Below are positions 28,193 to 39,431 of a stretch of DNA of 64,000 bases, piece by piece. Where the stretch lies: contig JAAOMT010000294.1 of NCBI GenBank assembly GCA_016748015.1, forward strand, positions 288,541 to 352,540, in the 5' to 3' direction. A program made the position numbers and the translations under genes. The DNA comes from Geosiphon pyriformis uo1 (taxonomy: Eukaryota > Fungi > Glomeromycota). Below the pieces are notes generated by a model, which saw only the letters and a program-made list of their open reading frames with translations, ran no database searches and was not told where the DNA came from. Within the stretch, counting starts at the first letter, position 1, and each line of letters starts with the position of its first letter.

Positions 28193-29064
28193 TGTTACTC
28201 ATAGAAATATAAGAAATATATTAGCATGATTAGTAGCCAATTAGAAGTAGGTGTAATAAATGTGGAATTGCAGGATTCCTTTCAGGAATTGCAGGATTCC
28301 AGGAATTTCAGAATTTCCTGATGAGAAATCGCAAGATTTCAGAATTCCAGGATTTCTCTCAAAGAAATCACAGAATTCCAGAAATTCCAGGATTCCTGTC
28401 ATGAAGAATCGAAGAATTGAGGAATCTTAATTATGTATATATAGCAGCAGGAGTAGAAGCTGAAAAGACAGATCTCTCAGTTTAGATTTAATCTAAGCAA
28501 TCTTCCAAATTTCCAATTATTAAATAAATAATTATTTTATATCTCAATCTACTCTTCACTATCAACATTTCATGTTGATAGTAATTAATACTTAACCACG
28601 CTAGAACAATAGCTCTTGATTACAGCTATTAATGAGATACTAACTTACTAAATTGCCTTGGCTTATCTTCATTATCATTATTTTTTTTATTTTATTTCTT
28701 TCTTTCTTTGATTCTGTTGTGCCTATTAATTGATTGAGGATTAAAAGCACTGAGTTATTTATGTCACAGATAGCCTGGTAAAAAACCCAGAAATAAGGAT
28801 AGATTTATATATATTATTAGTTAGCTTATCAGAAAGACACAACTGCCAGAATAAATCTGGCCACCAAGCTAAGAAAAAAATTGGGAAACAACTGACAACA
28901 AATGACAAATTGCTGTACTATTGAATCTCTGTCCATTATACAAAGGACTTCATCAAAACCTTCAGATACAACACTTTCAGAATATCATCGATGGAAATAG
29001 CTTTTGAGCACCAAGTTATGAGTTTGTTATTTGACTTAAGACTTCAAATAATTCAACTGTAACA
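28193..29064 (+). repeat. D 5' LTR
   Basis: tgttactc...tgtaaca; TATA-like tatatatag at ~28436. Confidence 0.95.
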
Positions 29065-29066
29065 TT

Positions 29067-29083
29067 TGGTGCTTCCTGTGAGG
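29067..29083 (+). promoter_or_regulatory. Primer-binding site of D
   Basis: tggtgcttcctgtgagg, complementary to a tRNA ending CCUCACAGGAAGCACCA (pattern of elongator Met or Ile-UAU; identity not confirmed). Confidence 0.8.
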
Positions 29084-29089
29084 TATAAT

Positions 29090-30138
29090 CCTACAGAAAA
29101 CCAGCACTGACAACACTAAACCAAAAGTAGCAGAATTAGAAATAATAGGAACAAACCATCTAGGATTTGCAAAATCCTTATTTCAATAGTACAGCCAGCA
29201 GCTAGGCCTAAACAACAACCATTACCCAGCAGAATCAGCTTTCAACTTCTACGTCAATAAAAGAATCACAGATTTCCTAGGAAGACCAGTTGACATTGAA
29301 TTAGCAAGAAAAAATTTCTATTCAGAACTAATCCAACACACCAACTTACCCAGAAATCACAGCTTTGCACCTATCATCAGAAAAATCAACCAAGAAATTG
29401 AAAAATATACACAAAGAACATTCTCTATTATTTACCAAGACAAAGGCAAAGGAAAACTACAGACACCAGTAGTAACACCCAAAGGAATACAAATTCCTAA
29501 CTGGAAGAAACAAAGAATTGAATCTCTGATATACTTATCATACCATCACACACCTAGAAGTACCATCAACATCGCATCAGTAAATGCATCCACCAGTACA
29601 AAGATGCCACTAGCAAGAATCGTGTTTTAGAGTAAACAAAAGAAAAATGAACTATTAGGAGCATATGGTGATTATTTTGAAGGATTTAAATTGAGATTGC
29701 CAACACCATCAAAATTTTAATCACCATCTCATTAGCCAGATTTTGGAACCATCAGTTCCTGAGAAATTACTGAATCAAAAGAAAAAGAAGACGAGGATCA
29801 AGAATTTAATTACCAAAACCCAATCCTAAAAGACCTGAACATGTAAACTCAACAACATTTAGAAAATTCGGAAATCAAAACTCTGAATATTTGAACCCCG
29901 CCAAATCAAAAAAATCAAAACCCCGAGTTAATTCATCAGCAAAATCTATCTCTAGTTATTGTTATCGATCAACCACCAATTGAGCTGATCAGTGAGCCAA
30001 TTCAACCACCTCAAGTATCACCCCAACAACCATTACTTCTTCAACAACCACTTCAACAGCCACCACAACCACCTAACTTAGATCCAATGGCCTATGTACC
30101 AATTGCAAAACTTGACAACTTTACTAGCAAAGAGAATG
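29090..30138 (+). pseudogene. gag: D gag, N-terminal part (remainder deleted)
   Basis: Homologous to A 23230-24200; breaks at IAKLDNFTSKEN into B LTR sequence. Confidence 0.8.
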
Positions 30139-30775
30139 AAATTCATAAAATAGTGTTATGACAAGTTGTATAAAAGAAGAGCTTCTCTCTTTGAAAAAAT
30201 GTATCTTACTTTAGATTTATTACTTAGAACCATTCCTACACACACAAAAAGAAATAAAAATCAAATAATTTGAAAAAAAAAACCAAATTTTTTAATTATT
30301 ACACTTAGAAAATCCTCAAAATCCAACTAACATTTTGAAATTGATTAGCTACCAATTTCAGTAAACTGTTAGTAACTTCAGGCCTGGATAGAAAAACGTT
30401 TCCCTTGATAAAATTTTATTTCTTTTACATTTTTTTTATTTTTTTCTTTTCTTTTCTTATTACAATTATTAAGGTAGCCTACAGACAAGATTCCTGTAGA
30501 AAAGTTAACTTTCACAGCAAAGTAACTACATATTTTTAGTGAGCTTCCAGACAAGCAATTCCTGGGAAAGAGTTGACATTTACTACAATGTAACTACATA
30601 AAGTAACTGGCAAGGAATTGATCATTCCACTTATAAGCCCAGCAGTTCAAATTATAGGAGATAATTTGAAGATAAATTCAGTTACTAGAGGTCCAACTAC
30701 TTCCTGGAAACGTGAATTCACAACAAATCAACATTAACAACATTTGAGAAAAGAGACCAAAAACCTCTGGTAACA
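30139..30775 (+). repeat. B 5' LTR, missing its first ~350 bp
   Basis: Matches 38796-39431. Confidence 0.88.
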
Positions 30776-30820
30776 TTTGGTGCTCTCCCACAAAAATAAC
30801 ACAGCAACAACAAATTCAAA

Positions 30821-32640
30821 ATGGCGATCACACCAGATGCAACAACTCTAGAGTATTACCAGTCAATTTACACCCACTGCAAGCAAAGATTCAACATTCC
30901 AGATGGAATTGAAGTTGTCAAGAAATCAGTATACCAATACATTGAAAACTGCATCAACAATTATCTTTTTGGAAATTACAATATCTCAGAAGTTAGAAGC
31001 AACCTTTACAATAATTTAGCACACTATTTACAGTTGGGAACTAAAGACCTTAACAGCAAAACACTTGTCACTTACTTTCACGAACTTAATTTTAACATTA
31101 TCAAATACTGTGAAGAAACATACCCAGTGCAGTCTTAATACTCTATTGATTTTGAATCGGAAACAGAAACAAGCAACAAAGGCAAAAACAAATTGAAGCA
31201 ATACTCAAAAACCACCCCAAATACTCCAACACTACCAAAAACAACTGCCAAACATTTACAAACACCTGAACAAGGAACCAGTTCAAAACTTCCACTTACT
31301 ATCACACTTTTTCCAGCTTTACTTGCACAAGCACAAATGTCTAATTCACTCTTGAATTAATTTGCAAGACCAGAAAATTTTACATTACTCAGAAGTCCCA
31401 TCAGACAACAAGAACCCCTTCAAACTAGTTCCAATCTTCTTGACTTTCTAGCTGAAAATCAAAGTGAACACTCTGAGACAGCAGCGAATGAAAAAAACAA
31501 ACCTGAAATATCTAAAGAAAAATCAATAGACAGTGAAAACAAAGAAGACGAAATGACAACATACATTGCAAAAATCCCTGAATTTAATAGAGAAAACATT
31601 GAGACCAGTCCCCAAGAATGGCTCGACCAAGTTATTAAAGCTGGAGATGCAAATAGATGGAATGCTGCCAGAATATTAAGAACAATTCCCTACTTTCTCA
31701 AAAAAACAGCAGAAGAATGGTTTGAAAACTTGGCCGCCCTATTCAATGATTGGAATGCTTTCAAAGCAGCCTTTCTTGAACAGTTTACCAACAATAATAT
31801 CTCCATCACCCTTTGCAATCATTTTCAAAATATCAAACAAGAACCTTCCGAATCTGTTATGACTTATATTGGGAAATTCAACAAACTTCTCAGACAAATT
31901 CGCCAACTCGAAACAAACAATTATTATTCCGATGCTCAAATCTTGGATCAATTTATTGCTGGTCTAAAAGATAAACTAATTAAAAAGGTTCACCCACATG
32001 CGCCAGAAGATTTAAACTCTGCCATACAGCATGTGAAAAGATACAAAATGGCCATAAAAGAGACCAATTGCACAAAACTTGTAAATTTGGCAATTGGAGA
32101 AACCAGCTCAGCAGCTGAGGAAAAAATTGACCAACTTACAAAGAAGGTTGAAAACTATTTCACCAATCAACAACAACAGCAACCCCAAAGATATTAACCA
32201 CCCCAAAGACGAAATCAAAATAACTTTTGCACCACTTTCCAATAACCAGCCTCAGAATTGCCATTACTGTGGAATTTCTGGCCACTGGAAAAAAGATTGC
32301 AGAAAGCTACAACGAAACCAACAAAATAGAAGTAATCAATGTTACCCTCCACCACAGTAATTTTATTATCAACCACCACCACCAGCTTACTATCTACCAA
32401 AACCCCAATACTAAAATAATTATTATCAGCCTGCCTCACAGTCAATCCAACAGCAATACCAACAACCACCCACACAACATTATCAAGTACCTGCTTGAAG
32501 ACTGATTATATAAAATCAATTCACACCACAAAACCGATACCAAGTAAACAATAATAGAATCAGTTCAAACAACCAATTAGTTTCCGAAATTCCACTCAAC
32601 CAAGACCCAACCATTACCACACTCAACCCAATTATTTAAC
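30821..32640 (+). pseudogene. gag: B gag
   Basis: ORFs 30821..31138 and 31553..32197 (capsid-like); CHYCGISGHWKKDC knuckle at ~32260. Confidence 0.88.
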
Positions 32641-32641
32641 A

Positions 32642-35600
32642 ATGCCAGAAGAACAGGATTTTCACCATACTGCACCCTCAAAAAGTAGAGCTGCAGCACA
32701 ACAACAAAATCTTTCCTATACTCCCACCACAATCCCACCAGCCAGAATTGCTGAAAACACTAATCTTTCAGATATATTCCTTTTTGAGTTTGAAGCAAAT
32801 AAGTCACCATTCCTGCTTAGCAATGCAGCCGCCAATGAACAAAAAACAATTATGACTATGTACACTGAAGCAGAAGTCGAAGGAAAAACAATTCGCTTGA
32901 TTCTAGACAGTGGATCTGCCAGAAGCATTATCACTTACCAGTTAATGCAACAGTTGAAGAGAAATGTCGACTGACCAGCTCAAACAGTAATTGTCACTGC
33001 CGATGACATGAAAAAGACCCCAGTAAGAGAAATTAACAATTTTCTGTTCACTCTTAATGGAATCACCATTCCAGTCAAAGTTTTTATAATGAACACACAC
33101 CAATATTAAGCCCTTGTCAGAAATGATTGGCTCCAAAAAGCCAATGCAAAATTAGACTGGAAAACCCAAGAATTACAACTCTCCTATTAAGGGCAATATG
33201 CCTGAGTACCTGCCACTTATGGTACATTTAACAAACACTCTGAAAAAGCCCCGGCTTTTGAATTCGAACCAGAAGAAGAAAAACCAATAATCAAAACATT
33301 TATGGCTCTTGGATCAATGTCCAACTGGGCCGATGAAACTGAACAAAAACATTTTACACCACACTCTGATCCCAAAACTCTTGGATGGAATATCTTTTAC
33401 TCAAAGCCTAAACCAAGGAAACAATGCCCCTACATTCCCCTTAAATGTAAGAACTGCCACAAGAAACTATCATCAATGGGAGCCTGCATTTCACCTGAAG
33501 AAAAATATGAAAATCATACTTGTTATTACTGCAAGGCTTGCCACAGAGAATGATGGGGCCATCTAATAAAAAGGAGCGGAAAATGGGACAACATCTCTTG
33601 TTTGACTTGTGGAGATATGCTACCAGAAGAATGCAATTGGATTGATGTAGCCATAAAAAGAGGAGTCTGTGATCAGATCTGCCAATATGCTTTATCAATT
33701 TCAGAAAAAGTAAAAAGAGGAACACCCTTTAATGCAGCATACAACAGTACTTTCAACAAACTTTATCACTACCCCCATAATGCTGAGATGATTTTCAATC
33801 TAGCAATAGCATTAATTAATGGAGCTACCAAAGAAAATGTTCGTCAAATAAAGAAAGCAGAATACATTGAATACACCATGGAATTAGCTGGATTTGATTA
33901 TGAAGACGAAGTAGAAGTCTATCACCAAATTGCAAGTCACACCTATCCAACTCAAGAAGCTCAAATTCAATGATTAGAGCAAATGAACATTAGGCTATGT
34001 GAAGAATGCATTATGTCTTGTGATGAATAGTGGTGTCCTGAATGCTATGCTCTTAGTATCCCTTTGCCCAGCGAAAATGATGAGAACGAAATTGAATTTG
34101 GAGAACATGAAGCAATGGAAGAAATTGAAACAACACCTATCTACCTTATCAAAAATCAGCCTGCCTTACAACTTAAATACTTCAACAACAACGGACAAAG
34201 AATAAAACCTGAAAAAGCACACGAAATTGATGCTGGATATGACCTAAGATATTCAGGCAAGGATACTTTTGTTCTCAAACCCAAATCTCTCACAAAAATC
34301 AACCTCAAAATTGCACTCAAAATTCTGCCAGGAGCAATGGTTTAAATCACCTTCTGGTTCTCTCTGACAAGCAAAGAAATCAATGTCAAAGGAGGAATAA
34401 TTGATGCTGGATATACTGGAGACATTACAGTAATGCTTCAAAATGAAACTAACAAACCATTCAAGATCGAACATGCTGAAAAAATTGCCCAAGCTATTTA
34501 CCTACTCCTAATCAACATTTCAGGTTTACAACTAGTCAATCAAAGAGAACAATTAGGAAAAAGTGATAGAGGAACCCAAGGTTTTGGTTCAACTGGACAA
34601 TTCACAGTTCCAGTTAATATAGCTCTTAACACACAGAATGAATCCCACCAGATTCTCAGACTTTCACAACCAATTACCATCTTAACCTTTGAAGAACATC
34701 CAGAAATCTACACCTGCCCAAAGCCAACAACCACACAACAAATTTTTGAGTCCAATGAACAAGTCTGCTTGGAACATAATATTTTGATCCCAAACATTTA
34801 TATTCCAAAAAGAACAAAGAATGTCCAAGTTACTTTTTACAATCCCAACAATTACCCCATAATTTTATTAAATAATTTAGAAATTAGAGTTATTTACAGT
34901 AATATATTTCAACAAGAATTATCCCAAACAGTTCCCGATTTCTCTGAAATTATTGGACATTCACTACCAAAAATCAACCCAAACCCCAGCTCCGAAAACT
35001 ACCATGTTGTCATAGAAAAACTGTCTCGAATCAACATGGGACAACTTGAACCACAACAACAGACCCAGCTCAAAGAGCTAATTGCAGAATTTGCCGATAT
35101 CTTTACTGAAAACAACAATGACTTAAGAAGAACCAATTTGGTCCAACACCAAATTTATACAGGAGATGCCAAACCAAAAAGACAACAAGCATATCGAGTT
35201 GCTCCAGAAAGCCACCAATTCATCCGAGAAGAAGTACAATGAATGCTTAACAATAGGCTCATCCAACCTTCCATGAGTTCTTGGACTTTACCTGTAGTGC
35301 TAGTTAAAAAAAAATGGAAAGATCTGATTTTGTGTTGACTATTGACAACTCAACAGTGTTACAATTGGAGATGCCTACCCCCTTCTCCGGATTGATGACA
35401 TGTTAAATGCCCTTGGAAAATCCAAATACTTTTCAACACTAGATTTAGAAAGCAGTTACTGGCAAGTTGCTATGAATCCTAAAGATCACCCCAAAACAGC
35501 ATTCACCACCCAAGACGGAAATTATGAGTTCAATGTAATGCCTTTTGGATTATGTAATGTACCAGCAACATTTCAGAGATTAATGGATGTTGTGTACCAA

Positions 35601-37663
35601 GGACTTCTTTGGAAGTCAGTAGTCGTTTATCTTGTTGATACTGATGTTTATTCTCCATCATTCGAATTACACTTAAAACACCTGCGAGAAGTTTTTTAAT
35701 GATTACAAAAAGCAGGACTAAAACTCAACATCAAAAAATGCTACTTTGGAAAAACAAGCTTGGTCTTCTTTGGGCATATTATTAGTAAAGATGGAATCAA
35801 ACTGGACTCTGGAAAAATCAGCATTGTCAAAAACTTCAAACTCCTCGAAACACTACAGGACTAAGAGGATTCATATGATTAGCATTCTATTATCGGAAGT
35901 TTATCAAAGGATTCTCAGAAATTGCAAAACTCCTCAACCAGCCCACCACCAAAAACGTTGAATACAAATGGACTACTGAACACCAAAAAGCTTTNNNNNN
36001 NNNNNNNNNNNNNNNNNNNNNNNNNNNNNNNNNNNNNNNNNNNNNNNNNNNNNNNNNNNNNNNNNNNNNNNNNNNNNNNNNNNNNNNNNNNNNNNNNNNN
36101 NNNNNNNNNNNNNNNNNNNNNNNNNNNNNNNNNNNNNNNNNNNNNNNNNNNNNNNNNNNNNNNNNNNNCAAACCAGGAAAACTTCACACCAATGTTGACT
36201 GTCTTTCTAGAATGAGACAAGATTAGAAAACACAAAAACCAACACTCAACTTAACCAACCAAAAAAGCCAACAAACAATGAATTCAGAAAACTACAACAA
36301 TCTTAAACAATATTTAGAAACATTAACAATCCCAACAGATTGGTCTCCAGATGAAAAACATTGACTACAACAACAAGCCAAACAATATTTTCTACACAAC
36401 AACATTATTTATCATCAAAATTTCAAAAACCCAAACAAACCACTCAGATTAATACAAGAACAGGAAAAAGAGACCATATTATATAACATGCACTCAGATC
36501 CTTCATCAGCACACTTCGGAAAAGATAGCACCACCCAAAGAACACTAGAATACTACTTTTGGCCTCGAATAAGGAAAGACATTCACGAATATGTTGAATC
36601 TTATGATAGTTGTCAAAAAAGAGGAGAAACACACTCTACTGAACCATTAAATCCAATCAAAATTAGACAACCCTTTAACCAAGTTGGTATTGATTTAGTT
36701 GGACCACTATCTATCACCACTCAAGGAAACCATTATATTGTAGTAGTTGTAGACTATCTTACTAAATGGCCCAAAGCCAGAGACATTCAACGAGCAGATG
36801 TAAAATCAGTAGCAAATTTCATTTACAAAGACATTATTTGTAGACATGGATGTCCAATTGAACTTTTATCCGATCAGGAGACACACTTTGTGAACAACCT
36901 GATACAAGAAATTTGCGAACGATTCAATGTCAAAAGACCTCTGTCTTCGCCCTATCATCCACAAACAAACAGATTTGTGGAATGTTTTAACAGAACATTG
37001 TGTGAGTCATTAGCCAAAGTCTCAACTAATTTTGAGCAAGAGTGGGATATCTTTATTTCATCAGTGTTGCTAGCATACAGAACACTAAAACAAGATATCA
37101 CAAAACACACACTATTTGATTTAACTTATGGAAGAACAGCAACATTACCAATTAGTTTCACAGTGGAAACATACTCAGCACAACCAATTGATAAAAACAA
37201 TTTCCAAGAAACACTTTAGCGAAGAGCCTACACTCTGCTTAACACATTGGAAGGAAAACAACAAATAGCAACCACCTATATTGAACACTCCCAAGCTCGA
37301 CAAAAAGAATGGCCTGATGACAAATTGTCTCTAGTCACCAATGAATTTAAAATCAGAAACAAAGTTCTCTTACACAGAACTAAAGCTGAAAAACAATGGA
37401 GTAGAAAATTTGAAAATAAATGGGATGGACCATTCTTTATTCATGAAGTTCTAGACAATAGATCATACAAGTTAAGATTTGATAACAAAATCCTAGCAAA
37501 AGTTGCACATGGAGATCATTTGAAACACTATTATTCCAAAAACAATCCTAAACCATTAATTCCACAAATTGGTATACATTCCCCTTTAGTCAATCCCAAA
37601 GATATTCTCCAAAACTTAGAACCAATAGTTGTTATTGAACAACCTTCCAACTTGAACACTTAA
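32642..37663 (+). pseudogene. pol: B pol
   Basis: PR LILDSGS; Cys-rich 33430-34050; dUTPase HEIDAGYDL, GIIDAGYTG, RGTQGFGSTG; RT 35170-35990; IN 36488..37663 with KWDGPF. Confidence 0.9.
35995..36168. other. Assembly gap (174 N) over the B RNase H region
   Basis: Run of N. Confidence 1.
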
Positions 37664-37769
37664 TTTAATTTTACTAGTTATTCCCTTATAATTTAGAAAC
37701 AATCAAAACAAAAATAACATAAAAACCCATACACCAAAAATAATTTTCTTTTATTTCAAATCTCTTATA

Positions 37770-38435
37770 ATAACTATTCCTCAAAACATTCAACATTTAT
37801 CCCAAAAACTAATGTTAGCTTTAAAAACAATATCCAAATTATTCATTACTGTTACTGGAAACCACATTAATTATACCTAAACAAAAGTAGTTACAAATTT
37901 AGCCCCAAATTTATGAAAATATTACCCATATAAAAAGAACACAAGAAGTTATTCTGGAATTCATCTGCCAGAACTTTTAAAGCTTGCTTTAAGAGAAAAC
38001 CTAATGCTCACTTCAATTAGTATTCTACCAAATACTACAATTCAACAAAGACTTCAACTGTGTCTCAAGGAAGAAAATACTGAATATCCTCCAATCTATA
38101 GATATTTCTACATTGGAAAAACACTCTATGAATGAAAACTGGAACTTACAACAGCAAACCTCACAAAAGAAGCTATTCAGAAACAACTTCACAACAACAG
38201 CTGGACCAACAAACAGTCGCTACAAGCTCAGAGCTGCTTTTAGACTTTATGACCTATTTCACACCTGTGAAAATGTACTACAAAACCCAATTTTTCAACC
38301 TTTAAAGATTCAATACATTGAAAAGCTCACAGAACTGAAATTTTAACAATTTTCAGACCAAATTTCTTCAATAATTTTGGATTATTATCTGGAAATGACA
38401 GACAGTACTTGGAGTTTAATGGAGCTCAGTCTTAA
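37770..38435 (+). pseudogene. B ORF3 (uncharacterised)
   Basis: TIPQNIQHLSQKL...YRYFYIGK...RAAFRLYDLF...LEFNGAQS*; contains stops and a frameshift. Confidence 0.65.
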
Positions 38436-38446
38436 GGAAGAGGTTA

Positions 38447-39431
38447 TGTTACCAGACAAAATTAGAGATATTATTTAGCATGAAATTATTTTATAATTCC
38501 TATCATTAATTAGCATATATTATTATTTCAAATTATCACTTATTACATTAGCAAAATGTCTGAAATTATCATTTAATTAATAACTCAATTTGTATACAAC
38601 ACAAATGTAACCTAATTGCAATGATTAATTATGCAATACTCCGAACTATGTAACATTCAAAAGTTCGCCAAAATTTGTAGAAATTTGCCAAAATAATTGA
38701 TAGTTCACCGAAATATCTAATAGTTTACAGAAATAACTTGTAGTTTGCTGAAATGTATCTTTAGTTCAGCAAAATTGTAGAAAATAGCAAAGTTCAAGTT
38801 CATAGAATAGTGTTACAACAAGTTGTATAAAAGAAGAGCTTCTCTCTTTGAGAAAATGTATCTTACTTTAGATTTATCATTTAGAACCATTCCTACACAC
38901 ACAAAAAGAAATAAAAATCAAATAATTTGAAAAAAAAAACCAAATTCTTTAATTATTACACTTGGAAAATCCTCAAAACCCAACTAACATTTTGAAATTG
39001 ATTAGCTACCAATTTCAGTAAACTGTTAGTGACTCCAGGCCTAGATAGAAAAACGTTTCTCTTGATAAAATCCTATTTTTTTTACATTTTTTTTATTTTT
39101 TATTTTCTTTTCTTATTACAATCATTAGGGTAGCCTACAGACGAGATTCCTGTAGAAAAGTTGACTTTCACAGCAAAGTAACTACATATTTTTAGTGAAC
39201 TTCCAGATGAGCAATTCCTGGGAAAGAGTTAACGTTTACTACAACATAACTACATAAAGTAACTGACAAGGAATTGGCCATTCCATTTATAAGCCCAGCA
39301 GTTCAAATTATAGGAGATAATTTAAAGATAAATTCAGTTACTAAAGGTTCAACTACTTCCTGGAAATGTGAATTCACAACAAATCAACATTAACAACATT
39401 CGAGAAAAGAGACCAAAAACCTCCAGTAACA
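38447..39431 (+). repeat. B 3' LTR (985 bp)
   Basis: tgttaccag...cagtaaca; ~19-bp agttcaccgaaat-like repeats at 38655-38790. Confidence 0.92.

Larger units (their letters stand above)
30139..39431 (+). mobile_element. Gypsy LTR retrotransposon B (gag, PR, Cys-rich, dUTPase, RT, RNase H mostly in gap, IN, ORF3)
   Basis: 5' LTR remnant 30139-30775; PBS tggtgctctccc at 30778; PPT 38434-38446; full 3' LTR 38447-39431; right flank acgc. Confidence 0.92.
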
